29,792 nt of DNA from a virus (taxonomy: Duplodnaviria; Caudoviricetes), in the IMG/VR virus record IMGVR_UViG_3300011339_000381, positions 1-29,792 of that record; one strand, written 5' to 3'. Positions 7,948 to 18,151 of the stretch are shown piece by piece. The notes beneath the pieces are model-generated. The model was not told the DNA's origin, made no database searches, and saw nothing but the letters and a program-made list of their open reading frames with translations. How positions within the stretch are numbered: the stretch's first letter is position 1; every line of letters begins with the position of its first letter. The position numbers and the translations under genes were made by a program.

Positions 7948-10863
7948 TTAATCTAAACTAATTCTGGCTACTGTAAATGTAGTTGAATTAGAACTTATTG
8001 GGTTAGCAAGAATAGAAGTTACTCCGCCTGTGCCCGTTACTGTAAATGTCGCTAATGCTACACTTGAATACATTTCAGCATATGTAGTTAAGAATCCAGT
8101 AGTTCCGCTACGGAACGCTAATGCTTCTAACATATGCACTTCACCTGTGACATTGTCAATAATTTTGATAATTGCTTTTTGACTTACTCTTGTAGTGCCA
8201 CTTATTTGCACAGGGGTTCCTGCTACAGTTGTTGTAGTTGTCTGCGTATTGTAAGTAGATATACTATCTACAATATAACTGTCTGCATTAACATCATTAT
8301 TAACTAATAAATCATAGCCAATAGTTGTAGTGCCGCTAACAGTTGAACCAATATTGGTAGCAGTTGCCGCACCACCTATGTTTAATGTAGTTGCTGTGGC
8401 GTTTAATAAATTAAATGTTGTTTGCGTAGTAGTAAGGTCATTGCCGTTTACTGCTAAGTCATTAGGTAAAGTAGCACCTGTGCTATCAAATTCAGCAACC
8501 AATGTATTAGTTGAACCATTGTCAATACTTGTGCGTAATTCTATTTGCGGAACTGTTGCGCTATAAACACCAACTACACTAGCATATTGATTTGATTGTC
8601 CAGCACTACCGCTTGGAGGTGCTTGTGTATCACTGACAACTTGGAATGATAGTGCAACACCTGCTCCGTCAGCATAAGTTCCAACGCCCGGTGTGCTAGG
8701 TGCCGCATTGCTATAATCTTTGCGTAGATATAATGATGTATTAAATCCTGCTATTGGACTTAATGGACGATAAACAAATGCATTTCGTTCAAGGGAATCA
8801 GTTGTAATAACTCTATTCTCATTGATCCATTCGCCATTTAAGTATGACAACAACTGACCATTGTAAAATGGTGCTGTTAAATCAGCATTGATAAAGTCAT
8901 ACCATGTTGTGCCGTCAGCACTCCATTCAAAACTATCAGTGGTTTTATTCCAACGAATGGCAGCATTGACAGCACCTAAACGACCAAAAGTTAAATCTAC
9001 ATCAACATCTGCTTTGTCGCTGTTTAGTGTAATATTATCACCAACAGTTAAATTGTTAGGAATACTTGTGTCACCGACATTGTCTAACAATATAAATTCA
9101 TTAACTACTGTGCCATTACCACCATACCAAGGCACACCAGTGCCTGGACTTGCTCCATTATATTGACGCACATAAATTTGTCCTCCACTGTTGGTGAGTC
9201 CAGAATTATCACCTGTGGCAATTTCTAAATAACCTTCATCATCTGCTGTGCTGCCTGCACCAATAAACCAAGGATCGTTTTGGCTACTTCTGCCTCTAAT
9301 ACCATATTGAGGATTAACATCTGCTGATTGCTCTTCAAATGTTATAAATGGCTGTGTTGCCGCTATGGCTTGACCATTTAAGTTTATATTACCACCATTA
9401 ACAGTTAAGTCATGTTCAATAGTAGTTACACCAGTTGTGGCACCAATATTAACTGCTGTAGCCGCACCAAAAGCGTCAATTGTTAATGCGTTAGTGTCAA
9501 ACACTCTAGCCGCTGTCTTTGTTGTTGTTATATCTGCTACTACACCAGTGTTGTCACCATTAACTGCTAGATCGCCTTTGACCACTGTAGTAGCACTTCT
9601 AATTGTTGTTGTGCCCGCACCTGCTACAGCACCATCTACACCAATGGTTATATTAGTGGCTGCACCAAATGCATTTACAGTAGTTGCCACTGTGTCAAAT
9701 ACTTCTTGAGTTGCATTAATGCCCACTAATTCCTCAGATTTAATAACAACTTGACTACCACCGGTTGGACTACCAATGTTAACTGCTGTAGTAGCACCAT
9801 TACCAAGGTTAATTGTAGTTGCTACAGTATTGAATACATTTTGTGTTGCAGCAATGCCCAATAATTCTGATGATTTAACAACAACTTTACTACCACCTGT
9901 TGGACTACCTAAATTAAGTTCTGTGTTTGCACCATTACCAATATTAACTGTGGTTGCTGTGGCATTGAATAAACTTGCAGTTGTTTGCGTAGTAGAAATG
10001 TCACCACCATTAACTGCTAGATCTCCTGGCAATGTTGCCTGTGCTGAAGTAAAATTACCAACTGAAACAAATGGACCAGTAGTATTGTTATTGATATTAG
10101 TATTAAGCGAAATGGATGGAGTAGCCGCATCCCAATATGCATTTATTTGTCCGATTTGATTTACTACTTGGCTATTACTTTGTAATTGTAATCCTATACC
10201 AACACCATCATTGGTAGTGTAAGCAGTAGCACCATAATTCTTACGCAAGAATAAAGCACTATTAGGACCAGCGCCGCTGTTGTTATATTGTAAAACAAAT
10301 CTATCATTTGCTGACGCTGATGTAATTGTGTTATTAGCAGTCCAAGCACTACCATTCCAATACAATACTTGACCCTGTGCTGTGCCATCTGGAATGTTAT
10401 CTGCCACAGTTGAAATTGTAATTGTGTTAGCATCTGTTCTAACAATGCTCATGTTAGTGCCTGCGGCAAACTTAACACTATCAGTAAAACCTGCTGTGTT
10501 AGCCAATGTTAGGTTAGCACCACCTGTGGCTGTTGTTGCACTAATGTTATAATCAGCACCAGGAATAGCACTGACATCACTCCAATACAAATTGCCGTTA
10601 CCGTCTGTGGCTAAAACTTGGAATGTTGTGCCGTCTGGACTTGGAAATGTATAGTTTGGTAAACTCAGTGTGCTTTGTAGTGTTACTTCACCTACAAGCA
10701 ATGTGTTGCCTTGAACAGTTAAGTTACCGCCTACATTCAAATTTCCTGTGACGCTGCCTGCTCCTGCATTGGGAACACTTAGTCCTGAGGCGTTATACAG
10801 AGTGGTAAAGTTACTTGAACTTACTTCACCCGTATTCACCGTTGATTCATATAAACTTGGCAT
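7948..10863 (-). CDS. Tail fibre/structural protein, 971 aa, with internal repeats
   Basis: QVLATDGNGNLYW motif; repeated DLAVNG.D..TT.TT..LFN..ATT.NIG units; located directly after the adaptor. Confidence 0.8.
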   Translation of the reverse strand: MPSLYESTVNTGEVSSSNFTTLYNASGLSVPNAGAGSVTGNLNVGGNLTVQGNTLLVGEVTLQSTLSLPNYTFPSPDGTTFQVLATDGNGNLYWSDVSAIPGADYNISATTATGGANLTLANTAGFTDSVKFAAGTNMSIVRTDANTITISTVADNIPDGTAQGQVLYWNGSAWTANNTITSASANDRFVLQYNNSGAGPNSALFLRKNYGATAYTTNDGVGIGLQLQSNSQVVNQIGQINAYWDAATPSISLNTNINNNTTGPFVSVGNFTSAQATLPGDLAVNGGDISTTQTTASLFNATATTVNIGNGANTELNLGSPTGGSKVVVKSSELLGIAATQNVFNTVATTINLGNGATTAVNIGSPTGGSQVVIKSEELVGINATQEVFDTVATTVNAFGAATNITIGVDGAVAGAGTTTIRSATTVVKGDLAVNGDNTGVVADITTTKTAARVFDTNALTIDAFGAATAVNIGATTGVTTIEHDLTVNGGNINLNGQAIAATQPFITFEEQSADVNPQYGIRGRSSQNDPWFIGAGSTADDEGYLEIATGDNSGLTNSGGQIYVRQYNGASPGTGVPWYGGNGTVVNEFILLDNVGDTSIPNNLTVGDNITLNSDKADVDVDLTFGRLGAVNAAIRWNKTTDSFEWSADGTTWYDFINADLTAPFYNGQLLSYLNGEWINENRVITTDSLERNAFVYRPLSPIAGFNTSLYLRKDYSNAAPSTPGVGTYADGAGVALSFQVVSDTQAPPSGSAGQSNQYASVVGVYSATVPQIELRTSIDNGSTNTLVAEFDSTGATLPNDLAVNGNDLTTTQTTFNLLNATATTLNIGGAATATNIGSTVSGTTTIGYDLLVNNDVNADSYIVDSISTYNTQTTTTTVAGTPVQISGTTRVSQKAIIKIIDNVTGEVHMLEALAFRSGTTGFLTTYAEMYSSVALATFTVTGTGGVTSILANPISSNSTTFTVARISLD

Positions 10864-10874
10864 TGTTGTCGTCC

Positions 10875-12077
10875 TTACTTAATGTTATATTGGCGATACT
10901 GTCTTGGTTGCCAAATGCTGGATAATCTAGTGTGTCCGCCACTCCATTTACCCAAGTTGTTTTGATCCGTTACAGCATCCCAAGCAAGTCTAAACTTTGT
11001 TTCATAAGTGCCTGCATCTGCTTCATTGTGACGCTTGATATAGTATTCGCGCAGAGTTGAGTAAATGTAACCTTCTGGCCAAGTTTGTAATACTGGATTT
11101 GTTTGAGTGTTTAAGTCTGTTAGTTTGATGTTGGTAATATTACCTGTTGTTGGTATTGTGCCACCTGTGACTGTTACTGTTAATTGTGTTGAACTATCTA
11201 CACTAACAACGGTGATAATACCGCCGTTGCTGATAGTTCCAGTGCCGTCTACTGCTGTTAGTCTATCACCACTGACTACACCAGCAGTATCTACTAAGTT
11301 AGTAAGAACCACTGTCCAAGGACTTGACGCACCAGTTACTGAAAATACTGTGCCTGTAGCACTGACTAAAATATCTGCTACTGGGCTAAACAAGATTGGC
11401 CATGCTTTGTAGTAATACATGTTAATCAAGTCACCTGCAGAAGCATATGGTAAAAACTTATACTTCTGTGCTACTTCACTGAACTTGCCGCGAATAACTG
11501 CGGGCACATTAACTGGACTTAGATACAACTGAGCAATCATGCCCTGTGTAATAATATCTCTGTCACCAATACGGTCATAGACAATCCATGGACCTGTTTG
11601 ACTGCTTGCGCCTTCACCTGGAGGACTTTGGAATACTACTTCGCCACTTACTGTGGCTGTGTTAACAGCACTTAGTGTTATTACTAATCCAGTAACACTG
11701 ACAATAGTAGCACCCGGAGCAATACCAGTGCCTGTGACTAAAAATCCTGCGCCTAATGGTCTACTTGTTGCGGCTGCTAGTGTAATAGTTGATTGACCAC
11801 TTGTGCCTGTTGCTGTTGCTGTAGTTAGATATTGAATACCTTGTTTGAAAAACAAGATTGGTTTATTCATATCACCAGGAATTGGAATACCACCCTCAGC
11901 ATCTACAACACCAATGTATTGTGGATCATAAGGATCACTACGCAATGCTGGTAACTCAATGTTACGCATTGATAACTCACCAAGGAAAATACATTGCTTG
12001 ATTTCTGCTGTGTTTGTGCTGCCTGTAAAGTCTTTGATATAATCTACAAGCGCATCGGCTGTGGGAACGGTAAACAT
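10875..12077 (-). CDS. Head-tail adaptor (podovirus tail tubular A-like) with two inserted beta domains
   Basis: N-terminal helices (LVDYIKDF...IFLGELSMRN), YY-W motif, C-terminal TNPVLQTWPEGYIYSTLREYY helix; two genes after the capsid gene. Confidence 0.65.
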   Translation of the reverse strand: MFTVPTADALVDYIKDFTGSTNTAEIKQCIFLGELSMRNIELPALRSDPYDPQYIGVVDAEGGIPIPGDMNKPILFFKQGIQYLTTATATGTSGQSTITLAAATSRPLGAGFLVTGTGIAPGATIVSVTGLVITLSAVNTATVSGEVVFQSPPGEGASSQTGPWIVYDRIGDRDIITQGMIAQLYLSPVNVPAVIRGKFSEVAQKYKFLPYASAGDLINMYYYKAWPILFSPVADILVSATGTVFSVTGASSPWTVVLTNLVDTAGVVSGDRLTAVDGTGTISNGGIITVVSVDSSTQLTVTVTGGTIPTTGNITNIKLTDLNTQTNPVLQTWPEGYIYSTLREYYIKRHNEADAGTYETKFRLAWDAVTDQNNLGKWSGGHTRLSSIWQPRQYRQYNIK

Positions 12078-12080
12078 GGA

Positions 12081-12662
12081 TTAATGTCCTCTAAAATATT
12101 TTTTCTCACCCTTTTTAGTTGGGTAAGCAACTGCAACTGGAATAGGTAGTTTACCACCTGGGTAGCAAACATACTCTGGGTATTCTGTTTCAACTACACG
12201 ATAAAACTGCGCTTTAAGTGTTCTGTCATTTTTAAGTGCATTCCATGGAATACCATCAAAGTATTGATCACTGATACGAACTGCAATAACTGTGGGCAAG
12301 TCCATCCATTTGAATGATAACTTGCCATCATCGCCTATTGGTGCCATTGGATCTGGAACACCTGCTTCAGCGGCAGTTCTATAGTTTCTAACTGCTTGTT
12401 TAATTGCTTCTGTGTTTTGCTGTTCTCGTTTGATGTAAAACTTACCATCTTCACGACCAGTAGTAACAATGATATTACCACTTTTGTTTGCGGCTGTTCT
12501 TGTCCAATCGCCTTTCATACTGCGATACAAGTCATCGTTTTGAAGTAGTTTGTCTGCCACGCCATTGTGGCTGGTAACAACACCGCCATGATCCTGGCGG
12601 TAATAGTTTAAGTCTTTTTCTGGATCGCTGTCGTCCAGATATTCAGGTTGATTGTTGCTCAT
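12081..12662 (-). CDS. Post-capsid hypothetical virion-assembly protein, 193 aa, probably leaderless
   Basis: ORF track; TAAATA-ATACT-ATG with no SD; lies between capsid and adaptor. Confidence 0.75.
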   Translation of the reverse strand: MSNNQPEYLDDSDPEKDLNYYRQDHGGVVTSHNGVADKLLQNDDLYRSMKGDWTRTAANKSGNIIVTTGREDGKFYIKREQQNTEAIKQAVRNYRTAAEAGVPDPMAPIGDDGKLSFKWMDLPTVIAVRISDQYFDGIPWNALKNDRTLKAQFYRVVETEYPEYVCYPGGKLPIPVAVAYPTKKGEKKYFRGH

Positions 12663-12679
12663 AGTATTATTTAGCGTTT
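12661..12679 (-). promoter_or_regulatory. Late-type promoter AAACGCTAAATAATACTAT
   Basis: Identical 19-mer at 12661, 17784 and 23263. Confidence 0.8.
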
Positions 12680-12691
12680 CTAAAGTCAGTA

Positions 12692-12715
12692 GAAAAGGCT
12701 CCGAAGAGCCTTTTC
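12692..12715 (-). terminator. Intrinsic terminator after the major capsid gene
   Basis: GAAAAGGCUC-UUCG-GAGCCUUUUC with a cUUCGg tetraloop. Confidence 0.85.
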
Positions 12716-12739
12716 ATATTACATTAATTCAATTAAGAA

Positions 12740-13918
12740 TTAAGGAGTAACATCACCAGGGCCGATGTTAGTGCGGCTTACATAAGCGGCATTACGAGCA
12801 CCAGGTAAAGCACTTTGTGCGGCTGTGCCAGCAACGATGTTGTTTAGAACACCTACGCCTGCTGGGTTACGAACAATCAAAGTTCCTTCCATGATGAACT
12901 GATCTAAACTAGCATCAGCATTACTGAATACTTCGTTGTTAGGACCTAGGTCACGCAAACTACCCCACTGAACAACATCTTCATTCAAGAAGTAAATTGC
13001 GTTAGCGTTTACAGAATCCATTATCCAACTGTCGAATATCTCATAAGTGTAGTTGAAGTCGCCTTCATAAGTTTGAATTGTGTCACCACGAGCAGAATCA
13101 ACACGGTTGATACCACGACTCTGAGGCATGTTGTCACTTAGACTTGTGCGTAGGCTAGTAGGAGCAACTACTGTGCGGATTTTTGCGTTGTAACGCTGTT
13201 CAGCAACTGTTACCAACTGCTTGTATAGCGCAGGGCTAAACAATTGGTTAGTAAATGAACCGCTTAGGAAAGAACTTCCGTTTGCGTAAACGCGGAAAGC
13301 GTTACTTGCTTGAACTGCCACATCGGTGTCTTCATTGTTAACAAAAGTGTCAACACCAGTTAGTGAACCAGAACCTGCGGCTGGGTTAATAGAAATAGTG
13401 CCAGCGAATGCGTTCAATGAACCCATACGACGACCAGTTTGACCTGCTGGTAGACCAGAGGCTGTTCCTGTTTGACCAGCATACTTTGTGCCGATTTGGT
13501 CTGCGCGAACTAATTGTAGTTCCACATCAAACATCAATTCAATCAATTGCTTGACTTCTTGATATGCTTGTGGATCACCACCAGCCTGCATAACTGCGCG
13601 AGCAGTTCCAGAACTAGCAATAGTTGTGCTGAAAATCTGTGTGTAGTTACCTAAGTTGTAACGACTGTTAGATTCTGCGTTTGCTGTAGAAACAGCGGCA
13701 CCTTCAACCTGTGCTTGAACGCCAGGTGTGCGATAAATGTCATCAGTCCACAATGGTAATGTGCTGTTAACTTTACGCTTTTTACTCATACACATGTTTA
13801 GAACAGGTGTATCATCTTTAACGCGATTGGACACATCTAGGTCCAAATCTTTGACAACGATATCCGCACCGTATGCTGTGGTTCCGTTACCAATTTGACT
13901 TGTTGTAATTTCTGCCAT
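12740..13918 (-). CDS. Major capsid protein (SU10/DUF5309-like, HK97 fold)
   Basis: DTP...W.DD...VEGA...NYTQIF...SGT...D.E...RRMG...EGTLIVRNP pattern; follows the scaffold; strong SD and downstream terminator. Confidence 0.9.
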   Translation of the reverse strand: MAEITTSQIGNGTTAYGADIVVKDLDLDVSNRVKDDTPVLNMCMSKKRKVNSTLPLWTDDIYRTPGVQAQVEGAAVSTANAESNSRYNLGNYTQIFSTTIASSGTARAVMQAGGDPQAYQEVKQLIELMFDVELQLVRADQIGTKYAGQTGTASGLPAGQTGRRMGSLNAFAGTISINPAAGSGSLTGVDTFVNNEDTDVAVQASNAFRVYANGSSFLSGSFTNQLFSPALYKQLVTVAEQRYNAKIRTVVAPTSLRTSLSDNMPQSRGINRVDSARGDTIQTYEGDFNYTYEIFDSWIMDSVNANAIYFLNEDVVQWGSLRDLGPNNEVFSNADASLDQFIMEGTLIVRNPAGVGVLNNIVAGTAAQSALPGARNAAYVSRTNIGPGDVTP

Positions 13919-13935
13919 GTTAGGCTCCTATAAAA

Positions 13936-15090
13936 TTATTTCCTACCGCCTCGAATACTCTGTAGTCGTTGCATTAGTAGGTTGTCACCGGCTTTTTTAT
14001 CACCGGACTTGGCTTGTTCACGAAGTTTCTCAATGTTATCATTTGAACCTTTGTTAGTGTTGGAACTTCCTTTGCGACTTGTTAACTGCGCCATACTTGC
14101 ACCAGCAGTTTTAGTTGAGGGCTTATCGCGATAGCGTAATCCATCTCTAACCAAACTTAACAATGCCTCATCGCCTGCGATAAGATCAATGTTTGGAATA
14201 CCAGGCACTACTTCGCGTCTTGAGCCAGGATATGCTTTTTCAATCTTCTCACGAAGTTCGTTGTATACATACTCGTTTTTTAGTTCCTTATCCTGGAAAT
14301 TTTTACGAGCAGTAGTCAAAGCCTCACCTACTTGCTGACTGCGAATTTGTTTGAACTGTTCTACGGCAGGCTGCAAACGATTAATGCTCTTTTGTTGCTG
14401 TCGTATATACTGTTCATTCTGTGCCATGTTTGCTTGGATCCTTGCGATATCCGCAGGGTTCGTCGCACGAGCCAACTGTTGTTGAAATGTATTTTGATAA
14501 TTTTGTGTTTTAACAATTTCATCAAATGCTTTTTTCAACTTGGGTTGAACCGTAAATTCCATTGCTAGCGTAAGTTGATCTTGGCGTTGTTTTGCTTCAT
14601 TAACATATTCGTCAAATTCTGCTCGTTCCACTTTCAACTGTCTTGCTTCTTCGTGTATTGCTGATCCTTGACCAAGAATAGATGCGGCTTTCTTAGCATC
14701 GATAACAACTTCTTTGCCATTCTTCATAAATTTGAATTTGGCATTTGGGTTCGATTCCGCGAACTCAATAAAGTCAATTAACTCATCTGCTGTAGAATTA
14801 CTAGTGTCAGTGCTTACCTCTTCAGGGGCGGCTGCTTCGTAATTGTCGCTGTCATAATCTTCGTTGTTGGTATCACCAACTTCGGCTCCTTCATTGGGCG
14901 CCACAGAGGCTGAATCTGCTGCCGCATCATCTACTCCTGTTGCAGTTTGTTCGGTTTGCTGTCTAATTAGGTTACGCTGTGTGTTTTCACGCATAGCGGT
15001 CATTTTAGACGCAATACTATCCAAACTTGGGACTGCACTTTGATTAGTGACCGCACCTGTATCGGTGTTAGGACTTATCGTTGTTTCCAT
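13936..15090 (-). CDS. Capsid scaffolding protein
   Basis: Acidic disordered N-terminus, KNGKEVVI beta hairpin, long coiled coil, C-terminal AKSGD helix pair; directly upstream of the capsid gene. Confidence 0.8.
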   Translation of the reverse strand: METTISPNTDTGAVTNQSAVPSLDSIASKMTAMRENTQRNLIRQQTEQTATGVDDAAADSASVAPNEGAEVGDTNNEDYDSDNYEAAAPEEVSTDTSNSTADELIDFIEFAESNPNAKFKFMKNGKEVVIDAKKAASILGQGSAIHEEARQLKVERAEFDEYVNEAKQRQDQLTLAMEFTVQPKLKKAFDEIVKTQNYQNTFQQQLARATNPADIARIQANMAQNEQYIRQQQKSINRLQPAVEQFKQIRSQQVGEALTTARKNFQDKELKNEYVYNELREKIEKAYPGSRREVVPGIPNIDLIAGDEALLSLVRDGLRYRDKPSTKTAGASMAQLTSRKGSSNTNKGSNDNIEKLREQAKSGDKKAGDNLLMQRLQSIRGGRK

Positions 15091-15102
15091 TTATTTTCCT
15101 TA

Positions 15103-15444
15103 TTAAGTATTGGGCACTTGTTCAGTGTTACCAATACGGTTTTTTAAGTAAACAGCCCTCTTTAGGCTATTCACAAAATCATCAATGCCTGTTAACTCAT
15201 TGCTTATGGCAACTCGTCTAGCATTGTCGTCTGGTTGATGACTGCGAATGGACGCTAATTCATCAGCGAGACTAAACTTAAAATGATGAACAAACATTGC
15301 TAAATCTTTGTTCTTCAATAATGCTTCAGCAAGACTACCATAGTGTCTAACTTGGTCTTTTTGACTTGTTGTTAGTTTACTGGGTTGACTCAAGTCAACT
15401 GTTAGTCTGCTGTTGTAAAAATCTATCGTATTATTATCTATCAT
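15103..15444 (-). CDS. Small helical protein between portal and scaffold
   Basis: ORF track; AEALLKN motif and position are typical of this slot. Confidence 0.75.
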   Translation of the reverse strand: MIDNNTIDFYNSRLTVDLSQPSKLTTSQKDQVRHYGSLAEALLKNKDLAMFVHHFKFSLADELASIRSHQPDDNARRVAISNELTGIDDFVNSLKRAVYLKNRIGNTEQVPNT

Positions 15445-15464
15445 ATGCTATTCTATTATGTGTT

Positions 15465-15475
15465 TATTTAGCGTT
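15465..15475 (-). promoter_or_regulatory. Late-type promoter AACGCTAAATA for the scaffold/capsid unit
   Basis: Exact 11-mer overlapping the portal stop codon. Confidence 0.75.
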
Positions 15476-17765
15476 ATGAATAAACCTTTGGCTCGCCCAT
15501 GGCCATGGCCATAAAGTCAAGTTGCGACTCAGCATCCTCACCAGCAACTTCTGCGGCAATCTGTTGTGCTCTAACCTGTGCCAATTCAGCATCAGCCAAA
15601 TACTTCTTGTCTTGTGCGTTAGGTTGTTTGTTCTTTTGTGCTTCTTGTGCTTGTGCCATCATCTTAGCAATTTCTTCATCGCTAGGCAAGTAAACATCAC
15701 AGTCTTTGACACTTAAAGTATACAATGTATCAGCATAAGGCTTTTTAATTTTCTTATACATCTCAGGTGTCATAACACCTTGTTGAACCATGTTTTGAAC
15801 AGTTTGCATTAGTCCAGTTTGACACTTTTGAATAATTTGTAATCTGTTTAGTGCGTTTTCTTCACTCATCATACCTAGAGCAAGTTCTAAATTTAATTGC
15901 TTACGGTCTGTCATTGAAGTCATTTCATCCCATGACACATAGTCCATGAACTCTGGCTTCTTGTCTGTTCTACAAGTGCCTGCTAATTTCTTAACACCAA
16001 AGTCGTCACCGTATTGAATCAATGTGCGCCATATCAAATACAATGATTCTTTTAATCCTTCTGCGGCATTACGAACTGTGTTGTCTTGAATGATTTGGTT
16101 TGGTGTCAATGCCATTTGTAGTTTAACACCTGAATTACCAGCACTCATAACTTCTGGATTGAATACATCCTGAGGTGTAGTCATACCAATCATGGCCATA
16201 GTATCTTTTTGTATGCGATTCATACTTGTTTCCAAGAAGTTTAAGTTACCACTTGGAGGAGGAATTTGGTAAATGTCTTTGGCTGGATCAAACTTTGAAT
16301 CTAAAATAAAGATAGCGGCTTCGCCATCCTGTAACATTTCAAAGTCTAACTTGTCTGGCTTAACACCAATACGAGGAGTTGCTGTTAGCAAGCCCAATTG
16401 AATTTCAGCACGAGCAGCCGATGTTGAATATTCCTGCATTGGAATAACTGACTCAGCAATACTCATTCCGTAGAAGTTGCCTGGCAGTGGTTTTGGACAC
16501 ATGTTAGCCACAGGAATAAATTCTACTTCTCTGGCACTGATAATATATGAACCACTGTAGATTAATTCTACTAGTTCCATTTCACCATCACCATCAATGT
16601 CATACTTGTTCCATACTGTGACAATACTAACTTGTCTTGAATCTGGATCTGCTGAAGCGGCACTACTAACTGGAATACCCATAACTGGCACTGAATCACG
16701 AGCGTGAATAGCCAAGTTGTTTAATACGCTACCTGCTTGATACGCACCATTCATGTTGTATTCAGCAAACTGTCTAAAGTTTTCTAAGTCACCATTTAAG
16801 TCTGGATATAACTCAACTGCTTCTTGAATAGTCATTGGATCATAGTAACCACAGAATGGTTGATCCTTCATTTCAGGCACAGTAGGATCGCAGATCCAAT
16901 AGTGTTGAGCAATAGGGTGAAACTTGATGTTAATGTTGTAGCCAGTTACTTTATATTTGGCTTTGTAAATTGTGTTGCGAGACATTGCTGAAGCAATGAT
17001 TTCTTCTTGACCAGTGACTTGGCTGTTTAATACTTGTGCTTGTCCTGAAGCCAATTCTGCGTAGTTGTCTTCGTCATCCATGTTACGCATACTTTCAATA
17101 TGCTTGTCCATTAACTCATTGCTGAGTTCTTGTTTTTGTGCTTCCAATAATTGTTTGATCTCAGCCATGGCCTTGTCCATCATTACATTTATTTGGCGTT
17201 TGCTCTGTCGTAATGTTGTTAGTCCTGATTCAGCGGCTTGTAGTTCAAATGCTTTTAGTTGTTCATTGGTGCCCTGTGTTTCTACATAACGAGTAACAAG
17301 TTCACGCACTGGCTTGATCATCATCATACCATTCTTGTGCATACAAGCATCCATGACCCAACGCTCTAGAATAAAGTGAGGATCATTCATTTGGTTAACA
17401 ACTTTGCTGACCATGTTAGTTGCTTGTCTTGCGGCTTCTTCGTCAAACTCACCATCTGCTACGAATTCAAAGTTGATTTCGCCATTGGGCATAAGTCCTT
17501 TGGCAATAACTGCTGTGGCATAATCAACGATGGGTTTAACAGTGGGGTGAATATAGTCAATGCCGTTTACAGGAGCAGTTGAATCTGTAACTGCTAGACA
17601 GAGGTAGTGGTAATCGCTGGCTCTGTTAACAGCGTTCTTTGTGCCTAAATAGCGCAAGTAACTTGCCATTTTGACATCCATTTGATTTTTCATACGCACA
17701 AAAGTAGCATTAATCTTTTTGTTTTGATTAATGTCTTGCACGGGAATATTTTTAATATCTAGCAT
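15474..17765 (-). CDS. Portal protein (podovirus/P22-like)
   Basis: 763 aa after TerL; DEEAARQAT, DAC...NG..., YDIDGDGE.E, P.P..FYG.SIAE...Q motifs; Q-rich C-terminal helix. Confidence 0.9.
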   Translation of the reverse strand: MLDIKNIPVQDINQNKKINATFVRMKNQMDVKMASYLRYLGTKNAVNRASDYHYLCLAVTDSTAPVNGIDYIHPTVKPIVDYATAVIAKGLMPNGEINFEFVADGEFDEEAARQATNMVSKVVNQMNDPHFILERWVMDACMHKNGMMMIKPVRELVTRYVETQGTNEQLKAFELQAAESGLTTLRQSKRQINVMMDKAMAEIKQLLEAQKQELSNELMDKHIESMRNMDDEDNYAELASGQAQVLNSQVTGQEEIIASAMSRNTIYKAKYKVTGYNINIKFHPIAQHYWICDPTVPEMKDQPFCGYYDPMTIQEAVELYPDLNGDLENFRQFAEYNMNGAYQAGSVLNNLAIHARDSVPVMGIPVSSAASADPDSRQVSIVTVWNKYDIDGDGEMELVELIYSGSYIISAREVEFIPVANMCPKPLPGNFYGMSIAESVIPMQEYSTSAARAEIQLGLLTATPRIGVKPDKLDFEMLQDGEAAIFILDSKFDPAKDIYQIPPPSGNLNFLETSMNRIQKDTMAMIGMTTPQDVFNPEVMSAGNSGVKLQMALTPNQIIQDNTVRNAAEGLKESLYLIWRTLIQYGDDFGVKKLAGTCRTDKKPEFMDYVSWDEMTSMTDRKQLNLELALGMMSEENALNRLQIIQKCQTGLMQTVQNMVQQGVMTPEMYKKIKKPYADTLYTLSVKDCDVYLPSDEEIAKMMAQAQEAQKNKQPNAQDKKYLADAELAQVRAQQIAAEVAGEDAESQLDFMAMAMGEPKVYS

Positions 17766-17783
17766 TGTTGTTTAGCCCTTTAG

Positions 17784-17802
17784 ATAGTATTATTTAGCGT
17801 TT
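17784..17802 (-). promoter_or_regulatory. Late-type promoter upstream of the portal gene
   Basis: 19-mer AAACGCTAAATAATACTAT overlapping the stop of the 48-aa ORF. Confidence 0.8.
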
Positions 17803-17936
17803 TCTTTAGTAGGCTCTTTAGGCTCTTTAGGCTCTTTAGGCTTTTCTTCCTTATGATCCCGCTTGCCAAATATAGCGTCCCAGTTGTCGCGTATCTTTTT
17901 GACATCTTCTCGACGACGATTGCTGCCTTTACTCAT
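17790..17936 (-). CDS. Small basic protein, 48 aa (MSKGSNRRREDVKKIRDNWDAIFGK...KEPKEPKEP); not in the ORF track
   Basis: Manual translation; ATGA overlap with the upstream ORF; GGAG upstream; KGS..R...NWD.IFGK resembles a recurrent small phage protein. Confidence 0.75.
   Translation of the reverse strand: MSKGSNRRREDVKKIRDNWDAIFGKRDHKEEKPKEPKEPKEPTKENAK
17811..17842. repeat. 9-bp tandem repeat AGGCTCTTT, 3.5 copies (encodes KEP repeats)
   Basis: Read directly from the sequence. Confidence 0.9.
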
Positions 17937-18151
17937 TGTAAATCTCCGGGTAATATTATTCTAGGACGATTTAGTTCATCCTGTAAGTTGCAGGCATGGC
18001 ATACAACATGTTCTGCGTCCTCATCATCTAGTTCATAGACTGTGTGAGGAGTCATTGCTGTCATTGCGGCTATTTCAAATGCTCGGCTGTGCTTTTCACA
18101 CAGGATCATTGTGTTTTCTTCTATTGCACATATAAATTTAGGCTGGGTCAT
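17933..18151 (-). CDS. Hypothetical Zn-finger-like protein, 72 aa
   Basis: Start re-assigned to ATG 18151; LCEKH and CHAC motifs. Confidence 0.65.
   Translation of the reverse strand: MTQPKFICAIEENTMILCEKHSRAFEIAAMTAMTPHTVYELDDEDAEHVVCHACNLQDELNRPRIILPGDLQ

Noticed and set aside
4946-10863. Diversity-generating retroelement or invertible fibre cassette
   Set aside because: No reverse transcriptase or recombinase is present, and I saw no adenine-variant TR/VR pair; fibre repeats are diverged at the protein level.
6012-11412. Many plus-strand ORFs opposite the fibre and adaptor genes (and similar ones opposite the portal and ejection genes)
   Set aside because: They are antisense shadows caused by codon bias, with no SD and no recognisable motifs.
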